A program made the translations under genes and the position numbers. A stretch of 64,000 bases of DNA, taken from contig JAOGVT010000002.1 in NCBI GenBank assembly GCA_028110365.1, positions 19,180 through 83,179 on the forward strand. The letters run 5' to 3'. The DNA is from Flavobacteriales bacterium. Its GTDB lineage: Bacteria; Bacteroidota; Bacteroidia; Flavobacteriales; UBA7430. Under the pieces are notes generated by a model. That model saw only the letters and a list, made by a program, of their open reading frames with translations, had not been told where the DNA came from and did not search any database. This document shows positions 26,763-36,600 of this stretch, one piece after another. Numbering within the stretch: the first letter of the stretch is position 1; every line of letters starts with the position of its first letter.

Positions 26763-27467
26763 ATGATTCAAAAATTACTCGCCGTATTTCTATTACTCCT
26801 TATAGGCGCTTGCGACAATCCAAGTACATCTGTAAGCACACACAAAAAAGGCCCTAAAAACGGATTGGTTCATACCTACAATGAAGATGGAAGTATTTCG
26901 GCTTCCATAAACTATAAAAACAACCTACGCCACGGTTTAGCTTTAGACTTTTATAAAGATGGCAAGCTCAGAGCAGAAATAAACTACAAAGACAACCTAA
27001 AAGACGGATTGGCAAAATGGTACCATAAAAATGGAAACGTATACAGGACTACCTCATACAAAGACGACCAACGAAACGGTGAACAAAAAAAATATTACGA
27101 GGAAGGAGAGCTGATGTCTGAGGCGCTATTTTACCAAGATCATCCGGGAATTGGACTTAAGGAGTACAACAAATCTGGGCAAGAAAGAAAAGCCAAACCA
27201 ACATTTTCAACAAGTAACAAAGACCTGTTGGAAGATGGCACAATGCTTGTTAAAATTCAGTTATCCAACAAAGTAAAAGAGGTAAGTTTGTACCAAGGAG
27301 AACTCACAAATGAAATTTACCTGCATGAAAACCTAAAAGAAATTAACAAAACAGCCAATACTGGAATTGCAAAAATTCCACCAGGAACAAATGAAATTAC
27401 CGTGCTGGCAAAATACAAAACACGCTTCAAGAACTATCGAGTAGCAAAAGGAACTGTAAAAAGATAA
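26763..27467 (+). CDS. Lipoprotein with MORN-variant (YwqK-like) repeats
   Basis: 234 aa with the lipobox LLIGAC. The repeats are NYKNNLRHGLALDFYKDGKL, NYKDNLKDGLAKWYHKNGNV and SYKDDQRNGEQKKYYEEGEL. Confidence 0.7.
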   Translation: MIQKLLAVFLLLLIGACDNPSTSVSTHKKGPKNGLVHTYNEDGSISASINYKNNLRHGLALDFYKDGKLRAEINYKDNLKDGLAKWYHKNGNVYRTTSYKDDQRNGEQKKYYEEGELMSEALFYQDHPGIGLKEYNKSGQERKAKPTFSTSNKDLLEDGTMLVKIQLSNKVKEVSLYQGELTNEIYLHENLKEINKTANTGIAKIPPGTNEITVLAKYKTRFKNYRVAKGTVKR

Positions 27468-27470
27468 GCG

Positions 27471-28256
27471 ATGAATTTATCATTAGAAGGAAAAAGAGCC
27501 GTTGTATGCGGAAGTACGCAAGGAATAGGTAATGCAACAGCTACTGAACTAGCTTATTTGGGAGCCAGTATTACCTTGGTGGCACGTAACCAAGAAAAAT
27601 TAAAACAAGCCATGGCTGCATTAGATGTTTCAAAAGGCCAGCTGCATAATTTTATCGTAGTAGACTTTACGCAACCCGAAGATTTGAGAACAAAACTAAA
27701 AGCGTACAGCCAAGAATTTAAGGCTCATATACTCATAAATAACACGGGTGGTCCTTCAGGTGGTCCTGCCAATGCAGCACATACAGATGAATACATTCAG
27801 GCATTTACAAATCACTTAATCTGCAACCAAATACTGGTTCAGAACCTAATGGAAGGAATGAAAAGTGAAGGTTATGGCAGGATTATTAATATTATCTCTA
27901 CCTCAGTAAAACAGCCACTAAACGGTTTAGGCGTATCCAATACAATTAGAGGTGCGGTTGCAAATTGGGCAAAAACGTTATCCAATGAGCTTGGTGCTTT
28001 TAATATAACCGTAAATAATGTACTACCAGGAGCTACCAATACCGTTCGATTAAAATCGATTGTAGAAAATAAAGCTGCAAAAACAGGTCAAACGAAAGAA
28101 GCCGTTTTAGAAGCAATGAAAAATCAGGTACCGATGAAGCGTATTGCCGAAGCTCAAGAAGTCGCTAATGCAATTGCATTCTTAGCTTCACCGGCAGCCT
28201 CTTACATCAATGGAATAAATGTACCTGTAGATGGCGGTAGAACAGCTTGCCTATAG
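27471..28256 (+). CDS. SDR family oxidoreductase
   Basis: 261 aa. It has GSTQGIG (TGxxxGIG-like) and NNTG. The gaps to both neighbouring genes are 3 nt. Confidence 0.8.
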   Translation: MNLSLEGKRAVVCGSTQGIGNATATELAYLGASITLVARNQEKLKQAMAALDVSKGQLHNFIVVDFTQPEDLRTKLKAYSQEFKAHILINNTGGPSGGPANAAHTDEYIQAFTNHLICNQILVQNLMEGMKSEGYGRIINIISTSVKQPLNGLGVSNTIRGAVANWAKTLSNELGAFNITVNNVLPGATNTVRLKSIVENKAAKTGQTKEAVLEAMKNQVPMKRIAEAQEVANAIAFLASPAASYINGINVPVDGGRTACL

Positions 28257-28259
28257 ACC

Positions 28260-29702
28260 ATGGAAAAAATCGAAAATTACATTGGAGGAGAACTCCACAA
28301 ACCTTTATCCGGCAAATATTTAGACAACTACACCCCTGCCACCGGAAAAGTATATTCTCTACTTCCAGACAGTGATCAGAAAGATGTGCAAAAAGCTGTA
28401 AAAGCGGCAAAAGAAGCATTTCCGAAGTGGTCATCCCTTTCTGCGGAAAAACGTTTGGGCTATTTAATGGCAATATCACTTAAAATAGAAGAACAAATAG
28501 ACGAGCTAGCGCTTGCAGAAACAAAAGATAATGGAAAACCGCTTTGGCTCTCTAAAGCTGTAGACATACCAAGAGCAGCGTCCAATTTTAAGTTTTATGC
28601 AACTGCAATGATGCACGATAAAACAGACTGTTTTGAAATGGGAGATGAAGCACTAAATTATACGCTTCGAAAACCAATAGGAATAGCCGGCTGTATTTCG
28701 CCATGGAATTTACCCCTATACTTATTCACCTGGAAAATTGCTCCGGCATTGGCAAGCGGGAACTGCGTAGTGGCAAAACCCTCAGAAGTTACTCCAATGA
28801 CCGCTTATTTACTTTCTAAAATTTGCATAGAAGTTGGCTTACCAAAAGGCGTTTTAAACATTGTACACGGATTGGGACACAAAGTTGGCGCAGCCATAAC
28901 AGAGCATCCAGAAATTCCAGTAATCTCCTTTACAGGTGGAACAAGTACAGGCCAACAAATTGCTAAAGTAGCGGCGCCTATGTTCAAAAAACTATCGTTG
29001 GAATTAGGCGGTAAAAACCCAAATATTATATTTGCCGACTGCGACTTTGACGATGCGCTAGCTACAACAAAACGCTCCTCTTTTGCCAATCAAGGCCAAA
29101 TTTGTTTGTGTGGATCACGAATTTTTGTGCAAAGAGCCATCTATAAAAAATTTAGAGATGCATTTGTAGCTCAAACAAAAAAAATGGTAGTGGGTCATCC
29201 AATGGATGAAAAAGCAAAACTTGGAGCGGTTGTATCAAAAGAACACATGGAAAAAGTACTTTCCTATGTAGAACTAGCTCAACAAGAAGGTGGAACGATT
29301 TTGGCAGGAGGTAAAAGAGTTGTTTTAGAAGGAGCCTATACGGATGGATATTACCTAGAACCAACCATAATAGAGGGCTTACCTTACGATTGTAGAACTA
29401 ACCAAGAAGAAATTTTCGGCCCAGTAGTAACGCTCATGCCTTTTGATACCGAAGAAGAAGTTTTGGGCTACGCAAACAGCACTAAATATGGATTAGCTGC
29501 TACATTATGGACAAGTAATTTAAAAAGAGCCCACAGAATGGCTTCTAGTTTAGACACTGGAATTGTTTGGGTTAACACATGGTTGCTAAGAGATTTACGC
29601 ACGCCCTTTGGTGGTGTTAAACAATCTGGCGTTGGAAGAGAAGGTGGATTTGAAGCACTACACTTTTTTACGGAACCAAAAAATGTTTGCATTAAACTTT
29701 GA
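28260..29702 (+). CDS. NAD(P)-dependent aldehyde dehydrogenase (semialdehyde dehydrogenase-like)
   Basis: 480 aa. It has ELGGKNP, FANQGQICLCGSR (catalytic Cys) and EEIFGPV. Confidence 0.85.
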   Translation: MEKIENYIGGELHKPLSGKYLDNYTPATGKVYSLLPDSDQKDVQKAVKAAKEAFPKWSSLSAEKRLGYLMAISLKIEEQIDELALAETKDNGKPLWLSKAVDIPRAASNFKFYATAMMHDKTDCFEMGDEALNYTLRKPIGIAGCISPWNLPLYLFTWKIAPALASGNCVVAKPSEVTPMTAYLLSKICIEVGLPKGVLNIVHGLGHKVGAAITEHPEIPVISFTGGTSTGQQIAKVAAPMFKKLSLELGGKNPNIIFADCDFDDALATTKRSSFANQGQICLCGSRIFVQRAIYKKFRDAFVAQTKKMVVGHPMDEKAKLGAVVSKEHMEKVLSYVELAQQEGGTILAGGKRVVLEGAYTDGYYLEPTIIEGLPYDCRTNQEEIFGPVVTLMPFDTEEEVLGYANSTKYGLAATLWTSNLKRAHRMASSLDTGIVWVNTWLLRDLRTPFGGVKQSGVGREGGFEALHFFTEPKNVCIKL

Positions 29703-29749
29703 TGCCTAAATTGAACTAAAAAGAACCTAACTAGTGTCTTATAAATAGT

Positions 29750-30502
29750 ATGAATCTAAACCAACAACTTGATAAATTTCTACCGATCGATTTGAAACAA
29801 ATGGATCGGGTTAAGTTGTTAAAAAGAACCGACACAAAGTACCTCTTGTCTAAAACCACCTTAATCTCTTTATTGCCCGAACTTACGAAGTATTATTTCG
29901 CTTTAGAAATTCAAGGAAAAAGAGAGGCGTCTTACCAAACAGTATATTTAGATACCGAAAAAAAAGAGTATTATTTTCAGCATCATCAGGGAAAACCAAA
30001 AAGACACAAAGTCCGATTTAGAAAATACCTAGAATCTGACCTCTCTTTTTTAGAAGTAAAACTCAAAAGAAAAGGCAAAACAGACAAAAAAAGAATCGCA
30101 ACTGACTTTAGCTTTCCCTTAAAGACTAGCCACGCTTCTTTTCTACAAAAATGGGTTCCCGAAAAACCAACTGATCTAAAACAAGTATTGCAAAATACAT
30201 TTAGCCGAATCACCTTAGTACATAAAACAGATCAGGAAAGAGTGACCATAGACTTTAACCTTATATTTGCAGACACTAAAAATAAAATTGACTTGAAGGA
30301 GCCAATAATTATAGAGGTTAAACAAAGTGGTTTGAACCGAAACTCAAATATTAGTACCTTGCTTCGAGCAAATCAAATACGCCCGCAAAGGCTCAGTAAA
30401 TATTGCATTGGTTGTATTTTACTAGACAATACCCTCAAATACAACCGATTTAAAGAACGCTTACTTGAACTTAATAAGATTCAAAAAATATGGAATTCTT
30501 AG
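29750..30502 (+). CDS. VTC domain (polyphosphate polymerase-like, CYTH-type tunnel fold) protein
   Basis: 250 aa and soluble. Basic residues recur on alternating strand-like segments: RTDTKYLL, YQTVYLDTE, HKVRFRKY, FLEVKLKRKG, RITLVHKTDQERVTIDFNL and IIEVKQSG. This is the pattern of VTC/CYTH tunnels. Confidence 0.7.
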   Translation: MNLNQQLDKFLPIDLKQMDRVKLLKRTDTKYLLSKTTLISLLPELTKYYFALEIQGKREASYQTVYLDTEKKEYYFQHHQGKPKRHKVRFRKYLESDLSFLEVKLKRKGKTDKKRIATDFSFPLKTSHASFLQKWVPEKPTDLKQVLQNTFSRITLVHKTDQERVTIDFNLIFADTKNKIDLKEPIIIEVKQSGLNRNSNISTLLRANQIRPQRLSKYCIGCILLDNTLKYNRFKERLLELNKIQKIWNS

Positions 30503-31137
30503 ACGTAGAATTATTCAATCAAAAAGATTTATTTAAACTGTTTATTAGATTCCTAATAGACTTCTCGTTTACATTTGTAATTATTCGAGTTTTATATTTT
30601 GCCGCCAATAGACGAAAAGATTATTTATTTACCTTCTTCATCTTTAACGTACTTACATTCTTTATCTGCTTCTTACTCCGAAAAGTACCAATGGAACTTG
30701 GCTTTGCACTTGGTTTATTTGCGGTATTTGGTATTTTAAGATACCGTACAGAACCGATTCCCATAAAGGAGATGACGTATTTATTTATTGTGATTGGCCT
30801 GGCTATGATTAATGCGCTGGCTAATAAAAAAATATCTTGGGCAGAACTGGTTTTTGTAAATACTACTATTTTAATAGTAACATTAAGTTTCGAAAAACTC
30901 TGGTTTAACAATGAGGTACAGCAAAAAAATGTTTTATACGATCGAATAGATCTTATAAAAAGTGAAAAACGACTTGAAATGATTAGTGATTTAAGAGAAC
31001 GTTTAGGCCTAGATATTGTAAGAGTACAAATAGGTAAAATAGACTTTTTAAGAGACGTTGCCACGGTTACCATTTTCTACAAATCAACTAAAAATGAGGT
31101 TATTTGGGGTACAAATACTGTTAATGATGAAGAATAA
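30490..31137 (+). CDS. DUF4956-like integral membrane protein
   Basis: 215 aa. I read about 4 hydrophobic helices followed by a ~70-aa soluble tail. The gene overlaps the VTC gene by 13 nt. Confidence 0.65.
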   Translation: MEFLDVELFNQKDLFKLFIRFLIDFSFTFVIIRVLYFAANRRKDYLFTFFIFNVLTFFICFLLRKVPMELGFALGLFAVFGILRYRTEPIPIKEMTYLFIVIGLAMINALANKKISWAELVFVNTTILIVTLSFEKLWFNNEVQQKNVLYDRIDLIKSEKRLEMISDLRERLGLDIVRVQIGKIDFLRDVATVTIFYKSTKNEVIWGTNTVNDEE

Positions 31138-31762
31138 AATCCTTCTAGTACTGCTATGTTTAGTCCCCTTAACATCGTTTGCGCAAAACGATGATTTGGA
31201 GCTTTGGAGTTCTTTAAAATTTAGTAAAAAAATGAATTCTAAATTTAAATTTGAACTACAAGAACAAATTAGATGGGCAGACAGTCTTAGTCAATATCAA
31301 AAAAACTTCACCGAATTAGGCGTAAAATTTAAAGCACATAAATCGCATTATTTAGGTCTAAATGTTCGTTTTGTTAACGAATTTGAACAAGATAAATTCA
31401 TGCGAATAAATGCAGACCTAAACTCAGACTTTAAATTAAAAAATAGTCCTATTTCTTTTGAACAAAGACTTCGAATACAACAATCGTGGGATGCACTAGG
31501 AAAACTTGACAAAAAACAGCTGAGAGGAAAATGGGGTGTTGTTTTTAAAACAAAATTCCTTGAACCCTTTATAGCTCATGAAGTTTTTTGGAAATTAGCT
31601 GAAACAAATGAATTGAGTAAGCAAAGGTCTACCATTGGAATGGGTTGGGACATGATAGACAAACTTAAAATGAAATTATTTTTAAGAAGCCAAAAACAAT
31701 ACAATAGAAAAAATCCGGAGCAAGTAAAAATTATAGGCTTTGGGTTACACTATAAAATTTAA
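31124..31762 (+). CDS. DUF2490-like predicted outer-membrane beta-barrel protein
   Basis: The signal peptide is MMKNKILLVLLCLVPLTSFA|Q, followed by DDLELWSSLKFSKKM... and alternating amphipathic segments. The track start at 31058 has no signal peptide. The ATG at 31124 overlaps the DUF4956 stop by 14 nt. Confidence 0.55.
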   Translation: MMKNKILLVLLCLVPLTSFAQNDDLELWSSLKFSKKMNSKFKFELQEQIRWADSLSQYQKNFTELGVKFKAHKSHYLGLNVRFVNEFEQDKFMRINADLNSDFKLKNSPISFEQRLRIQQSWDALGKLDKKQLRGKWGVVFKTKFLEPFIAHEVFWKLAETNELSKQRSTIGMGWDMIDKLKMKLFLRSQKQYNRKNPEQVKIIGFGLHYKI

Positions 31763-31783
31763 GTTAAATTTAGATCGACAATT

Positions 31784-33061
31784 ATGAAAAATCTAAGCAC
31801 AATAATCCTACTTCTCGCCCCTCTACTTTTGGGTGCTCAATCTTGTGACTTACCCCAGTATTATAGCGGGTTGAATACGGGTTCAAACATGTCAATACTT
31901 CTTCATCAAGACTTTATTGCGGGTTTAGATCTTAACGCAAACGCACCCTATATAGTTGCGCTTTCAGAAAGTGGAGTTGTAGTTGGTTCTAAAAGTTTGG
32001 TGGACGAGAATGGGGCTGTTGTCTTTCAAGAAGCTATTGCGGTATGGGGAGATGATACCTCTACACAAGATGTGGTTGATGGAGCCCTATCAGGAGAAAC
32101 AATTGTACTAAAAGTAATAGACGGAGCTGAATTGTTCACCATAGATACCGATCAAATGGAAATTAGCTTTGCAGTTAACGGGTTAATTGTTGTATTAACT
32201 GGAACCATGAATTATGAGTGTACTGGAGTCGTATTGGGTTGTACTGAGTCGATTGCTTGCAACTTTAATTTAGACGCTACAGAAAATGACGGCTCGTGTG
32301 AATATGCAGTTGAATTCTATAACTGCCAAGGAATTTGCAATACAGATACGGATGAAGATGGCGTGTGTGACGAACTAGAAATTGCTGGATGTGTTGAGCC
32401 TATGGCGTGTAACTACAACGCGTTTGCTACCGATACAGTTGAAAACTGTGTGTATCCAGAACAATATCGAAACTGTGAGGGTGCGTGTGTAAGCGATCAA
32501 GATGGAGACGATATATGCGATCAAGAAGAAGTGGAAGGATGTACCAATTATTTTGCTTGTAACTACATAGCCGAGGCTACAAACGATGATGGTTCGTGTA
32601 TCGTAATTAACGCTACTATACAATACGATGCGCAAAATGGACTGCTAAGCTTAGACACAAATATAGACAGCCTTGACATTACCTGGCTTTATTACGATGC
32701 AGTGATCCCTTTTGAGCATAGCGACTCTATTTATGTATTAGAAGATGGCGTTTATGGAGTGTTGGTTTTTGACCCTGAAAATGATTGTGGTACTTCAGAT
32801 ACAATTCATATTAATGTGGTTGACTTGAATCAAATTAGCCAACCTAAAATACGTATTTACCCAAATCCTGCAATTTCTATTTTAAACATTGAATTAAATA
32901 AAGAAAGTGAGCTCGCGATATTTAATTCTAATGGAGCAGAAATGTATCGTACAAAAACACGAGAAACAGCTGTTAACGTAGCTTATTACCCATCGGGAAT
33001 CTACTTTATTAAACTAGTACAAAACAACAATCGAATTGTTTATCCGTGGGTAAAAGAATAA
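31784..33061 (+). CDS. Secreted T9SS cargo protein sharing modules with the giant proteases (VWGDD domain, 3 two-Cys motifs, 2 acidic Cys loops)
   Basis: 425 aa with a signal peptide (LLLGA|QS). The N-domain reads SNMSILL...VVVGSKS...IAVWGDDTSTQDVVDG. The two-Cys motifs are LGCTESIACNFNLDATENDGSCEY, AGCVEPMACNYNAFATDTVENCVYP and EGCTNYFACNYIAEATNDDGSCIV. The C-terminus has IYPNPAISILNI...GIYFIKL. Confidence 0.8.
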   Translation: MKNLSTIILLLAPLLLGAQSCDLPQYYSGLNTGSNMSILLHQDFIAGLDLNANAPYIVALSESGVVVGSKSLVDENGAVVFQEAIAVWGDDTSTQDVVDGALSGETIVLKVIDGAELFTIDTDQMEISFAVNGLIVVLTGTMNYECTGVVLGCTESIACNFNLDATENDGSCEYAVEFYNCQGICNTDTDEDGVCDELEIAGCVEPMACNYNAFATDTVENCVYPEQYRNCEGACVSDQDGDDICDQEEVEGCTNYFACNYIAEATNDDGSCIVINATIQYDAQNGLLSLDTNIDSLDITWLYYDAVIPFEHSDSIYVLEDGVYGVLVFDPENDCGTSDTIHINVVDLNQISQPKIRIYPNPAISILNIELNKESELAIFNSNGAEMYRTKTRETAVNVAYYPSGIYFIKLVQNNNRIVYPWVKE

Positions 33062-33215
33062 ATAGAGTACCTGTTTAACAGAGGCTTTAAATCACTTTAC
33101 ATCAACTACTCAAAACCCTGATTTTCCTTAAAATAAAACACCGCTATTGTAAATAGAATTTCGCATTGCATATCTGCGAGTATTGGTGTAGATTTGAGGC
33201 TTATAAAGCATTGTT

Positions 33216-33641
33216 ATGTCAGAAAATAAAGGAAGAATAAATTCAAAAACTGCACCAGAACCTGTTGGGGCATATCCACATGCGCGCAAGCATGGTAACT
33301 TATTATTTTTATCCGGTGTTGGTCCTCGTGAAAGAGGAACAAAAAAAATACCAGGAGTTGAACTAGACGCCAATGGAGAAATCCTATCCTATGATATTGC
33401 AGCTCAATGTCATTCTGTATTTAACAATATTAAAACCATTGTAGAAGACGCAGGCTCTTCTTGGGATAAAATTATCGATGTGACGGTTTTCTTAACCAAC
33501 ATGAAAGACGATTTTAAAACCTACAATAAAATTTACGCAGACTACTTCAAAGACAATCAACCTTGTCGAACTACAGTAGAAATATTAAGTCTACCTACGC
33601 CAATAGGCATTGAATTAAAAGTAATCGCAACAATCGACTAA
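33216..33641 (+). CDS. RidA family protein (YjgF/L-PSP)
   Basis: 141 aa. The sequence contains APEPVGAYPHARKHGNLLFLSG...IDVTVFL...RTTVE. Confidence 0.85.
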   Translation: MSENKGRINSKTAPEPVGAYPHARKHGNLLFLSGVGPRERGTKKIPGVELDANGEILSYDIAAQCHSVFNNIKTIVEDAGSSWDKIIDVTVFLTNMKDDFKTYNKIYADYFKDNQPCRTTVEILSLPTPIGIELKVIATID

Positions 33642-33649
33642 GTACAGCA

Positions 33650-36600
33650 ATGAAAAAATACCCAGAATACAAAGGACTCAACTTACCAAATGTTGCTGCG
33701 GAAGTTTTAGCAAATTGGCAAAACAATCAAATCTTTGAAAAAAGTATTGCAACACGCGAGGGCAATAAACCATTTGTTTTTTTTGAAGGCCCACCTTCAG
33801 CAAACGGAATGCCCGGTATTCATCATGTAATGGCGCGAAGTATAAAAGATATTTTCTGTCGATTCCAAACCTTAAAAGGATTTCAAGTAAAGCGTAAAGC
33901 AGGTTGGGATACTCATGGTTTACCAGTTGAATTGGGTGTAGAAAAAGAGTTGGGAATCTCTAAAGAAGACATTGGAACCAAAATCTCGGTAGAAGACTAC
34001 AATAAAGCCTGTAGAGAAACGGTAATGCGCTATACAGATGTATGGAATAAACTTACCGAAAAGATGGGTTATTGGGTTGATATGGAAGACCCATACATAA
34101 CCTATGAAAGCAAATATATGGAGTCGGTATGGTATTTATTATCCGAACTCTACAAAAAAGATTTAATTTACAAAGGCTACACTATTCAACCTTATTCGCC
34201 TGCTGCAGGTACAGGGTTGAGTTCGCACGAATTAAACCAACCTGGTTGTTACAAAGACGTTAAAGATACATCTGCAATTGCACTTTTTAAAGCTAAAAAA
34301 GAAAGCTTGAAGGCACATACTTTAAAGTCGGTTAAAGGCGATATTCATTTTATAGCCTGGACAACCACACCATGGACGCTTCCTTCAAATACAGCACTTT
34401 GTGTGGGGCCTAAAATAGACTATGTTCTTGTAAAAACCTACAATCAATATTCAGGCACTCCAATGAATATTGTTTTGGCTAAAAAATTAGTTGCTAAACA
34501 ACTTTCAGGAAAATACTTTAAAGCAGAAAATGAAGAAGAGCTTAGTGCTTTCGAATTTGGAGCTAAAAAAATACCTTACATAGTAACTCAAGAAATCAAA
34601 GGAACCGAACTCGTTGGAACTCGTTACGAACAGTTACTACCTTATACCCTACCTTATCAAAACTCGGAAAATGCGTTTCAAGTAATTTCAGGAGATTTTG
34701 TTACTACAGAAGATGGTACCGGAATCGTTCATATTGCTCCGACTTTTGGAGCAGATGATGCAATGGTTGCCAAAACATTTGACATTCCTGGGATGTTGGT
34801 ACTTGATGAAAATGACAACCCACGCCCGTTAGTTGATTTACAAGGTCGATTTGTACCTGAAATGGGAGAATTGGCTGGCATGTATGTGAAAAATGAATAC
34901 TATGCAGAAGGACATGCTCCAGAGCGCTCAGCTGATGTAGAAATAGCCATTAAACTTAAAGAAGAAGACAAAGCTTTTAAAGTTGAAAAATACGAGCACT
35001 CCTATCCGCATTGTTGGAGAACAGACAAACCCGTGCTGTATTACCCATTAGACTCCTGGTTTATTAAATCTACAGCGATGAAGGATCGTATGATAGAACT
35101 TAACAAAACCATTAATTGGAAGCCTGCATCTACAGGTACAGGAAGATTTGGAAACTGGCTTGAAAACCTAAACGACTGGAACCTTTCTCGATCCCGATAT
35201 TGGGGAATCCCAATTCCTATTTGGTCTACCGAAGAAGGTGACGAACGCATATGCATTGGCTCGGCAGAAGAATTGTTCAAGGAGTGTGAAAAAGCGGTTG
35301 CTGCTGGGTTAATGAAACAAAATCCAATTACCGATTTTGAACCTGGGAATATGTCTCAAGAAAACTACAACAAACTAGATCTTCATAAAAACTACGTTGA
35401 TGAAATCGTATTGGTTTCTCCAAGTGGAAAAGCAATGAACAGAGAATCAGACCTAATTGATGTTTGGTTCGATTCTGGAGCAATGCCTTATGCCCAATGG
35501 CACTACCCTTTTGAAAATAAAGACCTTATTGATGGCCAAGCTTCTTATCCTGCAGATTTTATTGCTGAAGGAGTCGACCAAACACGAGGATGGTTCTTCA
35601 CCCTACATGCAATTGCTACAATGTGTTTCGATTCTGTAGCGTATAAAAATGTTATTTCAAACGGTTTGGTTCTAGACAAAAATGGACAAAAAATGTCCAA
35701 ACGTCTAGGTAATGCAGCCGATCCTTTTGAAACCTTAGACAAATTTGGCCCAGATGCTACGCGATGGTATATGATAACCAATGCACAACCATGGGACAAT
35801 CTTAAATTTGACTTAGACGGTATTACCGAAGTACAAAGAAAATTCTTTGGAACACTTTACAATACCTACTCATTCTTCTGTTTGTATGCAAATATAGATG
35901 GATTTACCTACGCAGAAGCGGATATTGAACATGAGCAAAGACCAGAAATAGACCGTTGGATTTTATCAGAACTAAACACGCTTATGACAAGTGTTGATAA
36001 ATCTTACAGTGAATATGAACCTACTCGAGCGGGTCGTTTAATTCAAGAATTTGTTACCGAAAACTTAAGTAACTGGTATGTTCGCTTGTGCCGTCGTCGT
36101 TTTTGGAAAGGAGAATACGAGCAAGATAAAATTTCGGCTTACCAAACCCTATTTACTTGTTTGGTAAATGTTGCAAAAATGGCTTCTCCAATAGCGCCAT
36201 TTTTTACCGATCGGTTGTACAAAGATTTACTTAATGCAACTGAACTTCCAACAGAAGAATCCGTGCATTTAACTTTATTCCCACAAGCGAATCAGGCGCT
36301 GATCGACGGCGATTTAGAAAAGCGTATGCAAATGGCGCAAAACATTACCTCAATGGTTCTTTCCCTTCGTAAAAAAGAAAAACTGCGGGTACGTCAGCCA
36401 TTGCAAAAACTAATGATACCGGCTTCTGACGAAAAAATGAAGCTCCAAATTAATGCAATAAAAGATTTAGTTCTTTCCGAAGTAAATGTAAAAGAGCTAG
36501 ACTTTATGTCCGAAAACTCTAACATCCTTGTAAAAGAAATTAAAGCGAATTTTAAAACTTTAGGGCCTAAGCATGGAAGGCAAATGAAAGCTATTGCAGC

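Noticed and set aside
26763-27467. Possible toxin-antitoxin component (YwqK-family 'antitoxin' label often attached to such MORN-repeat proteins)
   Set aside because: The protein has a lipoprotein signal and no adjacent toxin-like gene. The repeats alone do not support a toxin-antitoxin call.
30621-31073. 150-aa ORF antisense to the DUF4956-like gene
   Set aside because: It is Ser/Lys/Ile-rich low-complexity sequence lying entirely opposite a gene with coherent transmembrane structure. Long antisense frames are expected in AT-rich coding DNA. It has no signal, motif or ribosome-binding context.
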